DNA from: Lama glama
Lineage: Eukaryota
NCBI GenBank assembly: GCA_028534125.1
Contig: CM052816.1
Coordinates: 57,600,001-57,664,000, forward strand
Direction: 5' to 3'
DNA length: 64,000 bases
Every line of letters starts with the position of its first letter. Positions within the stretch are counted from its first letter, which is position 1. Under the pieces are notes generated by a model, which made no database searches, was not told the origin of the DNA, and saw only the letters and a program-made list of their open reading frames with translations. Below, piece by piece: positions 51,501-64,000 of this stretch. The position numbers were made by a program, and so were the translations under genes.

Positions 51501-52723
51501 ATTTAAGGAGAAAAGAAAAATTTTATTCAATGAACATTGGGTAGCTCATCAAATGTCTGAGGGGTCTGAAAGCCAGCTCTATCATAGTGTAGAACTGGCC
51601 CTGTGATGTCCCTCCACTGTCAGCACTGCACCCTCATTGATTCTGGACCCATCTGCTAGAACCACTGCCTAATGTCATCATATGTCATCTCTGATCATTG
51701 GGCTTCTGATTCTAGGTCTGGAGGTTACCTGTGATTGCTGGGGCCTGGATCAAGTAGGTACACCCATGCTCTAGCTACAAGGGTAGTAGGCAAAATAAGT
51801 GTCTGACACTCTTAACCTCTATAGTGGGAGATGGGTGACTCCCAAGCAAAGGACATGGATTCGAAATGTTAATTGGCCAAAAAAGAATGACAAGTATCCA
51901 CAACTGGTGGATTCCTTCTGTTCCTTAGCCCTTGCTCTTCTGCCTGGTTGTGTACCACATGGCATTTTGGAATAAATCTTCTCATGATTTTTCCACAATG
52001 GCAGCAGCAGTAGAATACAGTTGTTCTCATAGTTATCCATACCACACCTTCATAACTTGGTGATTCGGGTACATAATGTGAGTCATGTTGAGATGTTATT
52101 TGCATACTTTTCCATTGCTCTATAGCATTTTACCTCTTCTATCATTGAAAGCATATTGATTCCCTCCTTCTGCTTCTTTCTTACATACTATAATTGACAG
52201 TTCAGAATGGTGACCATATGGGGAAATGTATTGAAAAGAGATACGTGAAGTCAGGGATGAGTAATAAATACCCTGGTATCCTCACATCTGTCAATATAGT
52301 TGCCTCAATCACTTTGTCATCAGATGACTCATGTTATTGAATGACCCAAACATTTGTGATAAACAGAAGTTAGACTCTGCCATTCTTCACTTATCTTAGA
52401 GACTAGACAACCAGACATTTTGTCACATCCTGTAATGACTCCTTCTCTTCCCCCACCCATTTTCCATTTAAATTCAATGTTAATAGGTGCACAATGACCA
52501 AGAGGAATTCACATGATTTTCAAACCCAGAAGCTGAAATGGCTGAAAAGGCTAATTCATTGCCCTTACTTGCAAAGCTGTTAACTCAAAAGTTAATATTT
52601 GCAGATAATTATTAGGGATCGGGAGTATATTACCCTTTTCTTGTTTGATCTTATGCTTTCAATTTTTACTCCTTGCTTAAAACTTCTGGGGTTGTAAGTA
52701 AAACCCTGATGGGATTTCAGAAA

Positions 52724-52861
52724 CAGTTCCCCTGCTAAAATAAACTGGGGAGCTGTTAAAAATGCCTACATCTGGGCTCACTCAAGACCAGTTAAATCAG
52801 ACTATCCAAGGCCCAGACTCTCACTCTCCTTCATTCTGTAGCCAGGGGCTGAAAACCACTG
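52724..52861. mobile_element. MER5-family element
   Basis: GGGGAGCTGTTAAAAATGCC...AGACCAGTTAAATCAGA...GCCAGGGGCTGAAAACCACTG. Confidence 0.65.
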
Positions 52862-54476
52862 GTTTACACCTTGGAAGCATTTGGATATTGAATCAAAGAA
52901 CATCCAGGTGGTGGCTCAGCTGGTAACTGAACTTGACTCAGACTAGACAAGGCAATGTATTAGGTAGTCTAAAGATAGTGTAGGCTTTACAACAGGGAGG
53001 GATAAGGTACTAACTTGAGGCTGCGAGGGGGTGAAGTGGTAAGGTTTCAGGGAAAGCTGGTGCTTCCAACCAAGGTCATTCTTGAAGAAATGTTAAAAAG
53101 CTGACTTTCACCCAAGGGTAAAAATCAGCTTTAAAAACAGGCAGATGACCATCTCAAATAAATCAAACAAGATGAAGGAAAATGGGTTAGAGAGGGTGGG
53201 CCTTGCCAGGGCCAGAGAGAGATCTTCAGGGATGGTTACAGAAGGAACCAGAGACTTTGGTTTGGAAGGCAAGGCTGCAGTGAAGGTGGTGTCATGAGAA
53301 ATGTAGCTCTCAGAAGCAGCATTGGCAGAAGCCCCAACGAGGCATCGCAGGCTTAGGACCAGTGGTGTAAGTGATGGGACCTGTGCAGCTGCTGCAGCAG
53401 GGGGAGCTCCCAGGAGCACCTGGTAGTGTTATCTGGGAAGTCTTTCTGGTTTCATTTTCTCCAGGCCTGATTCCCTGGCCTTCCTAAGTATTGTAAGCTG
53501 CTGGCTAGCTGGGGTAAGTCCGTGTTTTAATGAAGAACTCTGAATGATACACATGCATTCTTATTTAAGGCTCATTCAACTCAACAGGCTAGAAAATATT
53601 ATTACTACTGAATAGATAGGAAAGTGAAAATCAGAGAGTTAAAAAGCTTCTCCAAGCCAGCCGGCCAATAAACGGGGGCAAAACTGAAGTCAAAGTCCCA
53701 TGTGAATGATCTCAGAGCCCATGCCCTTTCCTCTGCACAGACCCTGGAAAGAAGCCACATGGACTGTGTGGGAGAAGTTTGAGTATCTTTGGCTTGCATC
53801 CTTCTCCTTCATGGTTCAGCTGAGGGCAATGACGTGTTGCCTAAAATTTGCTAACAAATGTCTGCCTTTTATTAAAGTTATTGAAAGAATGTGGGCTCTG
53901 ACTGGATGCTTCCGTGGTTTTACATTTTCATACTTCATAATTTCCTAGCAAAAAGTCTTTCTGAAAAATGTCTTCCTTTTCAGCATAGAACTTAGGGAGA
54001 AGGGATTTTTCCTACCTCTCAGCCAGTATCACAGTTGTCACATGTTTATAGCCTGGTGACCCAGTTTTAAAATTTCTGGGTAGACAGTGAGTGTCCAAGA
54101 GGGAAGAAACCAGTGGTCATTGTTGGCTCCCCATAATTTCCACAAACAAAGCACTTAGGCCCCAAACCACTGTAGCCAGAGCAGCTCTATCCAGTAAAAC
54201 AACTCTAGTTCTCCTTGGAAAGAAAGTCCCTGAATTAAGAAGCTGGAAGGGATCTTAGAAATCTCATTTTGCAATGAGAAAACTAGTCCAGGAGGATTTT
54301 CCTGAAGTCACTCATGAGTGGCCTCTGAGGGTCTTTGCTTTGGGTTGAACACAGCAGAAACTACAGAAGCACCTTATAATCAAAGAGAAATAAGAAAGCT
54401 TAAGAAAAAAGAGCATATGGCTCTTTATGTGTTTTATAATTTAACTGGGGAGACAACAAACTGAGAGATGAGTGAC

Positions 54477-55105
54477 CGTGTGAACCATGAAAGCGCTGCG
54501 GGAATTCAGGGGTGGGGTAGCCACAAAAGGCAGGGTGGGCAAACAGGCTTCGTGGCAGTGGAGCGGCTGCCAGGAAGCGGGGCAGCCAGCAGAGGCGCAG
54601 AGAGGAGCCCAGAGCACAGCAGCCCCTCTGCAGCCGGCCCCAAGATGGGGAGCCCCCTTCTAAAACCTGGGGTCCAGCAGCAAAAACGGGAAAAGACGTG
54701 AAGACCGCCCTGCAGGGTGAGCCCTCGCTCCGCGGCTCCAGGCTCCACGAGATCCACTCCCTGCGGCCTCTCCACCCGCTTTCTTTGTCGCATGCTGCCG
54801 CTTAAGCTGTGACAACACTGTGTAAGGCCCCGCACACGCCGCCTTTTCCAGCTAACTGCGGGTGGGGACACGTGCGGAACCGGCGCCATCCCCATGCCTG
54901 CCGTGCACTCCAGGCCCGGACAGCAGCAATGCACGCAGCTCTCACCCCCCTCCCCACGCCTCCCCCTTGCTCCGCCCCGCCCCCGCCGCCTCTGCGCCGC
55001 AGCAATCTGTCCTCTTAAGAACCAGATCCTGCAACTGAAAGTGCCGCTTTCAAACCCCAGTTTCAGTGTATTTGTGCTTCCTGTCTACCGGATCCCACTA
55101 ACGGC
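54477..55105. promoter_or_regulatory. CpG island with Sp/KLF/EGR GC boxes (promoter-like or orphan CGI)
   Basis: About 36 CpGs in 54481-55020 by manual count, in an otherwise CpG-depleted window. Motifs: CCCCGCCCCCGCC (GC box/EGR) at ~54975-54990, CACGTG at 54869-54874, CAGGAAGC (ETS-like) at ~54571. Confidence 0.8.
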
Positions 55106-55499
55106 TAGTTATGCTGCAGAAAGGGAAAATGTGCCTTCATCCTTCTTCAGTGTATGTATTCACAGTAGCCATGATGTGGAAAGAGCAGGCACACAATGTA
55201 AACCCCAGGAATAGGGCGGTCACAAGAATGGGAGCAGGACAAGCAGGAAACACAGTCAATACTCCAGAAAGCAGCAGGGACTTTGCCCTTCGCTGCCTCG
55301 GCCTCCTCTGCAGGAGAGAAGGGCTGGGGGACACACACCCCCACCTTTTCCCCACCCCATCATTTGCTTTCCTGTTTGCAAGAAAAATGGATTCTCTGTC
55401 AGTTGTCCAAGTTTTGGTTGATGTTGCCTTTTGGAGCCCTCACTAAGGGCCGAAAGACCCATCCGGGATCGATACAAAGGTTTTTCCTCTGAAGTTCTC

Positions 55500-55760
55500 A
55501 TTCATTTGTTCCACAAATATTTACTGAGTGCCTAATATGGGCCAGGGATCATTCTAATGAACAAACCTAACATCTTTGCCCTCATAAGAATTTATATTCT
55601 CATGGGAAAAAAATAAAGAACATACCTAATACATAAGTGAATTACATGTTAAAAAATATTTTAAAAACATGAATCAGGAAGAGGGGAATCAGAGTGTGGC
55701 AGGTTCCTATTTAAAATCAAGTGGCCGGGAGGAGGACCACATAATGGAAAGATGCCAGGC
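55500..55760 (-). mobile_element. L2 3' fragment
   Basis: TTCATTTGTTCCACAAATATTTACTGAGTGCCTAATATGGGCCAGG. Confidence 0.7.
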
Positions 55761-56625
55761 AGGAATGAGGCCATCTGCAGATTAGTTGACCCCACCCCAG
55801 GCAGTCCCTTAGGAGCACTTCTTTGTGTTCACAGATTTGCATAGAGCCAGAGAGCCTTGAAGAAGGTGTCTGTCTTTCACTTCTAGAATAGGATGGGAGG
55901 TAGAGCATCAATAATTGATATTTTAATAGAGCATTATAGCTCTGACTTCCCCAGCTTCCATTCCTAACCTCTGGAGAGCCGGAGAAAGGGTTGTGATTTT
56001 TGCAAACAAGTAGGAAGCTGGGGGAGGGGAAAGATGATAAAATACAAGGAGTTCTGAGCTCTCATGGGCACAGGGGTCCTGAGGTTGGCTTCTGAGAAAG
56101 CTAGTGTGAAGTGAGCCCAGCTTTACGGTAGGAAACAGCTACATATGGCATGAAGTCAAGGGGCGTATTTTAATAATCCCAAATTAGGGCTGATAATAAC
56201 AACAGTAATTAAACTAGCTGGTGTTTATTGCATGCTTACTGTGGCATTGTGCACAGGTTTTGTAGGTAACCTCTCAGTCTTGGGCTTTTCTTCAGCTAGA
56301 AAGTCATGTAAGCTCCATAAGAGAGAGGACTTTGCTCTGTTCACCATGGTGCCTGGAACAGTGCCTGGCACAGAGACGGTGCTCACTGAATGAATGAATG
56401 ATTGCCGGGAGCTCCTGCTGCAGGCCTTACAGTGAGATGCTGAGGAGGTTTTAGACACTTCATATTCTTCAGAGTGCAGCAAACGTAATGATATACCACT
56501 TTCTTTTTTCTATTATTAACTGCTCTGCGTATGACTCCAGACCTTCATGGAGTGTTGTTTCTTCTTTTCACTGTTTCCCCCCTTCCTTGCCCCATGGTGG
56601 TTGGGTAGGTAGGGGAAGAAAAGGT

Positions 56626-57250
56626 AAAACTGTGTCCCCCAGAGTTAACAGAAGCTGATGGCTAACAAGAATTCTTGAGCTAGCCCCGCAGAGCAACAGA
56701 TAGGGGAATAGCTTGTTAATACTCCTCTGCTTGTCACCTGCCTCCACTGATTAAGCTCACTTTAGTTATTTTATTTTTCTCTTTTCCTCTCTTTAATTGC
56801 ATCCCGTCCCAACCTTACATAGCCCAGTTGTTTTACAGGAATTTGGAGTCCGCTCCTGCCCACTGAGAGCTGGCTAAGGCTGGTTGGAACCACTGACTCT
56901 AAAACTGGACCTGCACAGGTGTCCAATGAATGGCCTTTTGATGTCAGAGGCTGGAAATTCCACTCCCAGATCATGCTAAGCACCTCCATTTTGAATATGC
57001 AGAGCATGTAACCCAGATGCACCTGAATAGAACACCAATTACCCCACCTTTTCCCCTACCTCCAATCAGCTCTCCTCGTGCTTAAGACCACCCTGCTTAT
57101 CTCATAGATACCCCAACCCTCTCTACTTTGGAGAGGTGGATCTGAGACCTGTTCTCCTATCTTCTCACTTGGCTGACTTGTGAGTAAACTCTTTCTTGGC
57201 TGTAAACCTCAGTTTCTCAATTGTTGGTGAACAGACCTGGTTTAGTAACA
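56626..57250 (+). mobile_element. ERV1 solo LTR (MER31/MER67-like)
   Basis: TGATGTCAGAGGC...CCCAGATCATGCTAA; GGAGAGGTGGATCTGAGACCTGTTCTCC...GGTTTAGTAACA 3' end; AAGG(T) on both flanks is a candidate TSD. Confidence 0.7.
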
Positions 57251-59176
57251 AAGGTGGGGAAGAGGAGGGGAAAAGAAAACCATTACCTCATTTAGTTCTT
57301 ACAACAACCCATTTTACAGAAGAGGAAACTGAGACTTAGAAAGCTAAGTTGTCCCCACTGTCCGCTTACCCCACCTCCAGGGGTAGGGTAGTATTTTGGG
57401 CAGGTTCTTTGCTGTTGAGAGGGCTCTTTAAAAACATGCCAAATCCTTTAACAATTAATTCAAAGCAAGAGACCACGTTATTTTATTTCTTGGAGAAACA
57501 GTGAACTGGGTTGAGTTCACTGTTACTTACAGTTGGCTCGGTGCTTGAGGAGTATTGGGCTGTGAAGATTATTTGGGAGCGAGGTTTAGGTTATCACTGT
57601 TTGGCCTCTCTACCTCTAACATTGTCAGGGAACAAGGGTACATTAGTGCCTGTTATGTACTTGGTGCTAAGCAGGTTAATGAGTGGGGCGCAACAGGAAG
57701 GATGAACATTGCAGTAGTGATCTCCTACAATCTGACTGCACTGATGGTTGGCCATTACTGTAGAGGATAATTTAAAAATGATACTACCTAAAAAGTTTTT
57801 AACTGTATATATACATGTAAATTAGTATGTTATCACATTCGTTCATATAATTACCTATAAATGTAAATTCACTTGTTATCTTTTCACATAAGGCTAAGAC
57901 CTAAGACCTTTGCTTTGATTATAGTTCTATATTGTCTTTCTGGGATAAATTACACCCATGGTGAGTCACCTACCATTTCCAGTTTGTGTTTCTTTGAAGT
58001 GAGTTATCAACCTAAAGACAATTTTCAAGTAAGTTGAGGGTAGAATCCTGTAGATCTTTTGGATATTTCTCCCTAATCTTTTAGAGTTGTCTTTATCACA
58101 CCTAATTTGATAGTGAGGTTTCTGTGCGTGTGAGATTTAAATTTATGAGTCTTTTCAAAGCATTCAAATTAGTTTTTATAGAAACATTTCCCTTTTTTTT
58201 CCTATTCACATGTTTTCAGTTTACCTGTGAGTTAATTAAATTATGTAGTTACAATAGTAACACTCCTGGTATAGACAGATATGAGAACAGACATACACTT
58301 GGCAGGCTGATCTTTGGCAAACTGAATAACATAAAAGTTGGGTCTGAGGACTCCATGATGGTCTGTAAATAAGCTCAGCCTTGGGGAAGCAGTAAGCGTG
58401 AGGAAGCAGATGAAAAGTTAACAGAGAGAAAGTTAAGGAGCCCATATGCAGGGAGAAGCGGGATCTCTGGGGCTCCTGTGATGCATGAAGAGGAGGGAAT
58501 AGCCGATTGTTTGAGCCATCTTACTTCCTGATAGCATTCCAGCTCTAAACTGTGTTACAGTACACATGGATTCCTTCAGTAACTTCCTTTTTTTCTGGGT
58601 CATCACTGGCTCTCCCTTCCTTAAAGCCCAAAGGACAGACATGGAACTAGGACCCTTATTGAACACCATGTCTGGGCCCTCAAAGGTCCAAGGTGTCCAG
58701 GGCCCGGGGGCCAACACTGAAGACTCCCAGTCTGCTGGGCATCCTGGGCTGCTGCCGCTTTTCCAGTGTTGTCTTCTGGGTTTCCCTGAGTCCCTTCTTC
58801 TCACTCCTGGGGAGTCTCTTTCTTCCGGAATCATCAGCATTTCTAGGCTTTGCTCTGGCTTCTCTTTTTTGCCACTTGATTCTCATTTTTTTTAATCACT
58901 GTTTTCTGCTGCTTCTGTTTTTCTCCCACTTAATTCTCCTGGGCTTCTGAGTTTTGACATTTCTGTGGCTGACTTTTACAACCTTCAGATGTCCTGCTCT
59001 CCTGGATATGTGCTACTGCCTGGGGGAAGAACCGGTTGTCCTGTCTTCTGTAAACTTCCAGGTTTGATTCTTCCCAGTGCTCACTCCCAGAGGCTTTTGG
59101 GGATATTTTCAGGTTTGCAGCTGTTGTGGAAAATAGGAGGTGCCAGATGTCAGAGTAATACCACGTGGATCTTAAT

Positions 59177-59177
<1 letters not shown>

Positions 59178-59255
<78 letters not shown>

Positions 59256-59256
59256 C
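59178..59256. repeat. Compound microsatellite (TAT)13-(AGC)11 AAC AGC
   Basis: Read directly. Confidence 0.95.
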
Positions 59257-60559
59257 AAAACCTTGCCTTTGGCGTTCCCTTGCTTATTTTAAAATTAGTT
59301 TGCATTCCACCAGCTCAAACTAGTTGAGCTGTAGGGGGTAAATGAGCTAAGATGTTTGTTGTGCTAATTTTAGGAAAAAGTCAACCCGAATTAAAAATTG
59401 ACCTCAGGTAATGAACAGGATAAATATTGTTATGTAATGAAGAACTGATGTTAGTGCTGATTTTAATACTACCTGGAAAACTCCTGAACACAGTAAGCAA
59501 ATATCCTATCAGGAAATCTCTTTACAGTTCACTTTCTTGAGAGATTGGAAAACCTATTCTGTGTCTAGTTTCTGGGTTCCCATGGGTCTTTCACATCTGA
59601 GTTAAAGCTGGAAATAAGGATCACAAGTTGGCCTAGTAACAGGAGGAAATAAAGGGACCCAACATCTTTAAAACACCACTTTTTCCTCTGTATGGTTATA
59701 AAAAGAAAATATGAAGCAAACTGGTTCAGAGCATAGCTTTCTATCTTCCCTTTCCCTTCTCCCACTTAAATAAGGTAGAAAAACAGATCTCTCATCCATA
59801 CTGGATCTTGCAGTGGAGCATTATTACCCTGGAGTGTAAAAAACTTCCAGGCATCAAACAGCTAAACAATCCAGGAACACAATCCTTCTGAAAGAGTCAC
59901 ATGAAATCAAAGCAAAGGAATTATCGGGAGGAAGTATCAAAGGTGTGGCACTTTGCTTCATTTAGGGGAAGAGGTCATGGTGAGTTTCCAAGCCTCCACC
60001 CATTCTTCCATCCCTCCCTTCATCCACTCGTACATGTAGCTTAGAATTAAAATTTAGATGTATGTTTGCCAAGGGATGTATATCAACATATTTATTTGAA
60101 ATGGTAAAAATAAAAAAAAGAAGCCCATATCTGAATGAAAGTAAGTCTCTTTGCTAATTAATTTTCAGTGAGTACAGCTTTGCCAATTATGTAACATGGT
60201 GGACCATTTTCTGTAAATTGAGGTAAGCTTATAGTCTCAAAGTTAAAAAAATTAAAGTATTAAGCAATTTAAAACATGGCAAAATTCCACTCTTTGCATT
60301 TATTTAATCTGATGATAAAATTTTTGGATGCCAGCTTAAAAATGTGTGAATGAGTAGAGTTTTCCAAAAATATTTTACCCTGGGGCTATCAGAGCCAAAG
60401 AAGAGAGTACAGTTGCTGTTAAGAATGGCTAAGGGAGCAATGATATTTTGTTTAGAGAAGATAAAGAGAGACAGTTGTTGTGGCAAGTGTGTATGAGGAT
60501 TGTTCTCAAACAGTTCGATGCAATTGAACAATGTAATTACTTGCTTTTTGCAGACAAGT

Positions 60560-61240
60560 TGCAATGGACACACAGAAGTGAGTACATGCTGACAACATTG
60601 CCATGTCCTCAAACTAGATTAATTTTTTTTAAAAAAAGTATGCAATATACCATTTTGGGAGAAAGTAGGTGTCCTAATGAAATAAAAAATAGGGTATCAT
60701 AATTCCAAAAACGTTGTGAATCTTGGGAACAAACCATCTTCCTGGTAGAGAGGGTCAGAGCAACAATGGGCAGCACCACATCAAACTTAAAATACGATCT
60801 GGCATGTACAGGATATTTGTGGCAATACTCTGCATATTATGGCAAGCCAGACTAAGCCAAATGTCCTCTTCAGTAGACAGGGTATACAAATTCTGTGCAT
60901 TTCACCAACCAGTGCAAGAGTCAACAAACTACAACTACACACAACATGGTCAAATCTCATAAACATAAGGTTGAGTAACAAAAATGACATAGTAGAGGAT
61001 GCACTGTATGACCCTACTTTTTAAACAAGTTTAGAAACAGGCAAAATGAATCCTCATGGTCAGAAGCCAGTCAGAATCATGGTTATCCCTGAGGAGGCAG
61101 TTGCTGAAAGGGACATGAGGGGGCCTCTGGGTGCTGATCATGTTCCAACTCTGGATCTGGCTGGGTATAAAGATGACTACTTATGATTTGTGCATTTTTA
61201 TGTATAAATGTTACACATGAAAAGAATTTAATAAAGAAAA
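60560..61240 (+). mobile_element. Old L1 (L1ME/L1MD-type) 3' fragments
   Basis: CAGGATATTTGTGGCAATACT...CCAAATGTCCTCTTCAGTAGAC...ACAACATGGTCAAATCTCATAAACATAAGGTTGAGT...GGGGCCTCTGGGTGCTGATCATGTTC. Confidence 0.8.
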
Positions 61241-61812
61241 AACAGTAGTCTGGTGTTAAATGAGTCCTGTATTGAACAGACAGCCTTGCTAGTCTGAATA
61301 ATTGAACCTGAAATAGGAAATAGAAATAAAGATGTCTCAGATGGTGGGAAGCCATTTTGAATGAGTTTAGGATTTGGGGGTGCACCTTCAGAGTCCTGTT
61401 ATTACCGTTTCTACCCCATCATTGTGAACCGCAGTCCTTTTCCTTCTCCCCACCCCACCTCAAGGGCTCTCAGACCTCTGACTCTTACTTAAACTGTAAA
61501 TCACACACGATTTGGAGCTTACACGCTGGGTCAGAGGCCTGGCTGAAGTCCACGTCTACACGTGCATTTCCTCAGCTGTCTGCAGTAAAACATCCATCCC
61601 CTTCACTTGCCGCCAGAAGCTGAATAAATCATGAGATGGCTGGAAAGTAAGCTTCACCAGCGTGAGTGACCTGAGGAGACATCTCTCCTGTGAAACCTGA
61701 TGGGAGGGGCTTAGGAATTTCAGCTTCTAGACACCCACTGTATAATTTTACAAGTATTAGAGGATCCTCTTCATCTGACTGGCAGAGCAGGGAAAGAGGG
61801 AGAAGCCTGCTC

Positions 61813-62312
61813 NNNNNNNNNNNNNNNNNNNNNNNNNNNNNNNNNNNNNNNNNNNNNNNNNNNNNNNNNNNNNNNNNNNNNNNNNNNNNNNNNNNNNNNN
61901 NNNNNNNNNNNNNNNNNNNNNNNNNNNNNNNNNNNNNNNNNNNNNNNNNNNNNNNNNNNNNNNNNNNNNNNNNNNNNNNNNNNNNNNNNNNNNNNNNNNN
62001 NNNNNNNNNNNNNNNNNNNNNNNNNNNNNNNNNNNNNNNNNNNNNNNNNNNNNNNNNNNNNNNNNNNNNNNNNNNNNNNNNNNNNNNNNNNNNNNNNNNN
62101 NNNNNNNNNNNNNNNNNNNNNNNNNNNNNNNNNNNNNNNNNNNNNNNNNNNNNNNNNNNNNNNNNNNNNNNNNNNNNNNNNNNNNNNNNNNNNNNNNNNN
62201 NNNNNNNNNNNNNNNNNNNNNNNNNNNNNNNNNNNNNNNNNNNNNNNNNNNNNNNNNNNNNNNNNNNNNNNNNNNNNNNNNNNNNNNNNNNNNNNNNNNN
62301 NNNNNNNNNNNN
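61813..62312. other. Assembly gap (500 N)
   Basis: Run of N characters. Confidence 1.
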
Positions 62313-62557
62313 CTGAATCAGGGGACAGATGAGCATTTTGGATTTTGTCACTGATGTATGTGACTTCGGGCAAAGGGTACAGACTCTTCTCTGTGTGTTC
62401 ACGTGCTCACGTGTGCATGGGGTTGTGTCACCCGTGCTGGAAATCCAGTGCCATGTATTGTGCCAGCATTGGTGTCATGGGAATGCAGAGAATAAGACTC
62501 TGTCCTGGCTCCTACAAACCTACTGAATACCATTATGTGCTTTCTGATACACATGTA

Positions 62558-62560
<3 letters not shown>

Positions 62561-62592
<32 letters not shown>
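62561..62592. repeat. (CA)n microsatellite
   Basis: Read directly. Confidence 0.95.
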
Positions 62593-62596
<4 letters not shown>

Positions 62597-63299
62597 CTAG
62601 AGGCTGGATCATAGTAGCTCCTTGCTGTAGCTATAACTCAACACTCCATTTTATTTTTCAAAATTCAGTGAAATGGAGACAGTCCAAGGCTGGTTTTCTT
62701 TTGCTACCATAGATGTCCACATAATTGCTGGATTGTCTAAGTAGGGAAAATGGCAATGTCCTTACCTCAAGGCAGACAAGGACATGACAGCCAAATCCAG
62801 AGAGATGGAATAGACAAAGCAAATCAGAGATTTATAGAGTTGAGTCTAGGAGAACCAGAAATAGAATTGTATTAGGGAAGATCCTTGGTTATATTTGAAT
62901 TTTTGCAGAGTCCACTTAACTTACTACCTTCTTGATATCTTGTGGCTTTCACTAAACCTTGTGCTCAAAGGGACAGTCTTTGTTTTACTAACCAAACCCA
63001 GATTCTTCCTATATTTGCACTCAGACTCCAGTAATGATGTGGGCATGCTTTGATTACCTTAAAACATCAAAGACTGGTTAGAATAAATATTTTTAACTTT
63101 CTGAGCAATTTACACGGAGATGGGGTTTTGTTTGGGAGTAGGGGATGAATGTAAATGGGGACATCTGTATGAATACTCGAAATCCAAGCTGAAGAGAATC
63201 TCAAGTTTATTCTGGACTCAGCACTGCAGTAGGACCTAAGGATTAAATTTCGACCAGAGTATGAAATCTGTTGTTTTCCATTAGGAAGGAGAAGAAAAT

Positions 63300-63485
63300 A
63301 AATATGTCTCAGTTCCTGATGTGTGCTAGGCACTTTACATATGTTAATTTATTTGATCCTGACTATAAATCTCTAAGGAGATATTTTATTCTCTTGACAA
63401 ATGAAGAAACGTGAAGAGGACACGCAGTAGCTGTAGAGCCAAGGCCAGAAGTGTAACCTATAGTCTGAAGCCACTGTTCCATGTG
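63300..63485 (-). mobile_element. MIR SINE
   Basis: GTGCTAGGCACTTTACATATGTTAATTTATTTGATCCT...ACAAATGAAGAAAC. Confidence 0.7.
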
Positions 63486-64000
63486 GTCTTGTCAAACCAC
63501 ATCTCTGCTATATTCTTTCTCCACATTTAATTTAATTCATTTTGTTCCTCGTACTGTGCAAGTGGTGTGGCACATACAAAAGAATAAGATGAACTCTCTC
63601 GGAGAGGTTACTAATTTGAGAGAAATTAGAGCCACAGAAGTGAAGTAATTAGAGTGTATTTTGTATATAACCAATATGTGAGAAGATGTTGAGTTAATGA
63701 GTAAGTAAAATTCAACTGAGTGCAAATAGATGGATGTTAAATGAGGTCCTACTAGGGACTCCATCCTAGAACAGGTAGAAAAGGTTTCATGGGAGAGGTG
63801 GCACTGGACACTGATAGACAAAGTGGACAAAATGAGCAAGGAGGTGTGGGCTCACTGGTTTGGGTTAAGAAATTTAATCCTCTGCAGAACTGAAGCATCT
63901 TCCAAGAATTTCTATAATCCAGCACTGGACACACAGTAAGAACAAATAAATACTAGTTAGATGGTTTACTCATGCAGTCCTTGAAAGTATATATACACCT

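Noticed and set aside
54506..54934. 142-aa minus-strand ORF and the overlapping ORFs in the CpG island
   Set aside because: GC-rich DNA is depleted of stop codons, so several frames are open at once; there is no recognisable domain, and the start is not an ATG
58433..58950. Cluster of 68-135 aa ORFs on both strands
   Set aside because: No recognisable protein family, and open frames on both strands with biased composition suggest chance or an old LINE remnant
61629..62402. 200-257 aa ORFs
   Set aside because: Artefacts of translating through the 500-N gap
1..64000. CRISPR arrays, operons, tRNA/rRNA genes or other prokaryote-type systems
   Set aside because: The sequence is mammalian and repeat-rich; I saw no regularly spaced repeat-spacer array, long ORF or structured RNA gene

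Overview
This is 64 kb of eutherian mammalian genomic DNA, probably camelid. The inference rests on the wording of the young L1 3' ends and on seeing no Alu, B1/B2, Bov-A/BovB, PRE-1 or Can-SINE. I can support no protein-coding gene, RNA gene or CRISPR array; the only recognisable protein-coding sequence is L1 ORF2 debris. Much of the window is interspersed repeat: young and old L1, L2, MIR, MaLR/ERVL/ERV1 LTRs, and hAT DNA transposons (MER5, MER20, MER53, MER63). It also has microsatellites and a 500-N assembly gap. Between the repeats lie several AT-rich, homeodomain-motif-rich blocks that look like enhancers in a gene desert or a very large intron. The items most worth following up are: an orphan CpG island at ~54.5-55.1 kb; a minus-strand splice-signal cluster at 44.5-45.0 kb; a two-LTR MLT1 provirus with an intact 5-bp TSD; a twin-primed L1 insertion; a possible L1 3' transduction; and an unexplained ~115-bp local duplication. 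I found no convincing evidence of a wholly new biological system. Repeat subfamily names come from my recall of consensus sequences, and most boundaries are approximate.
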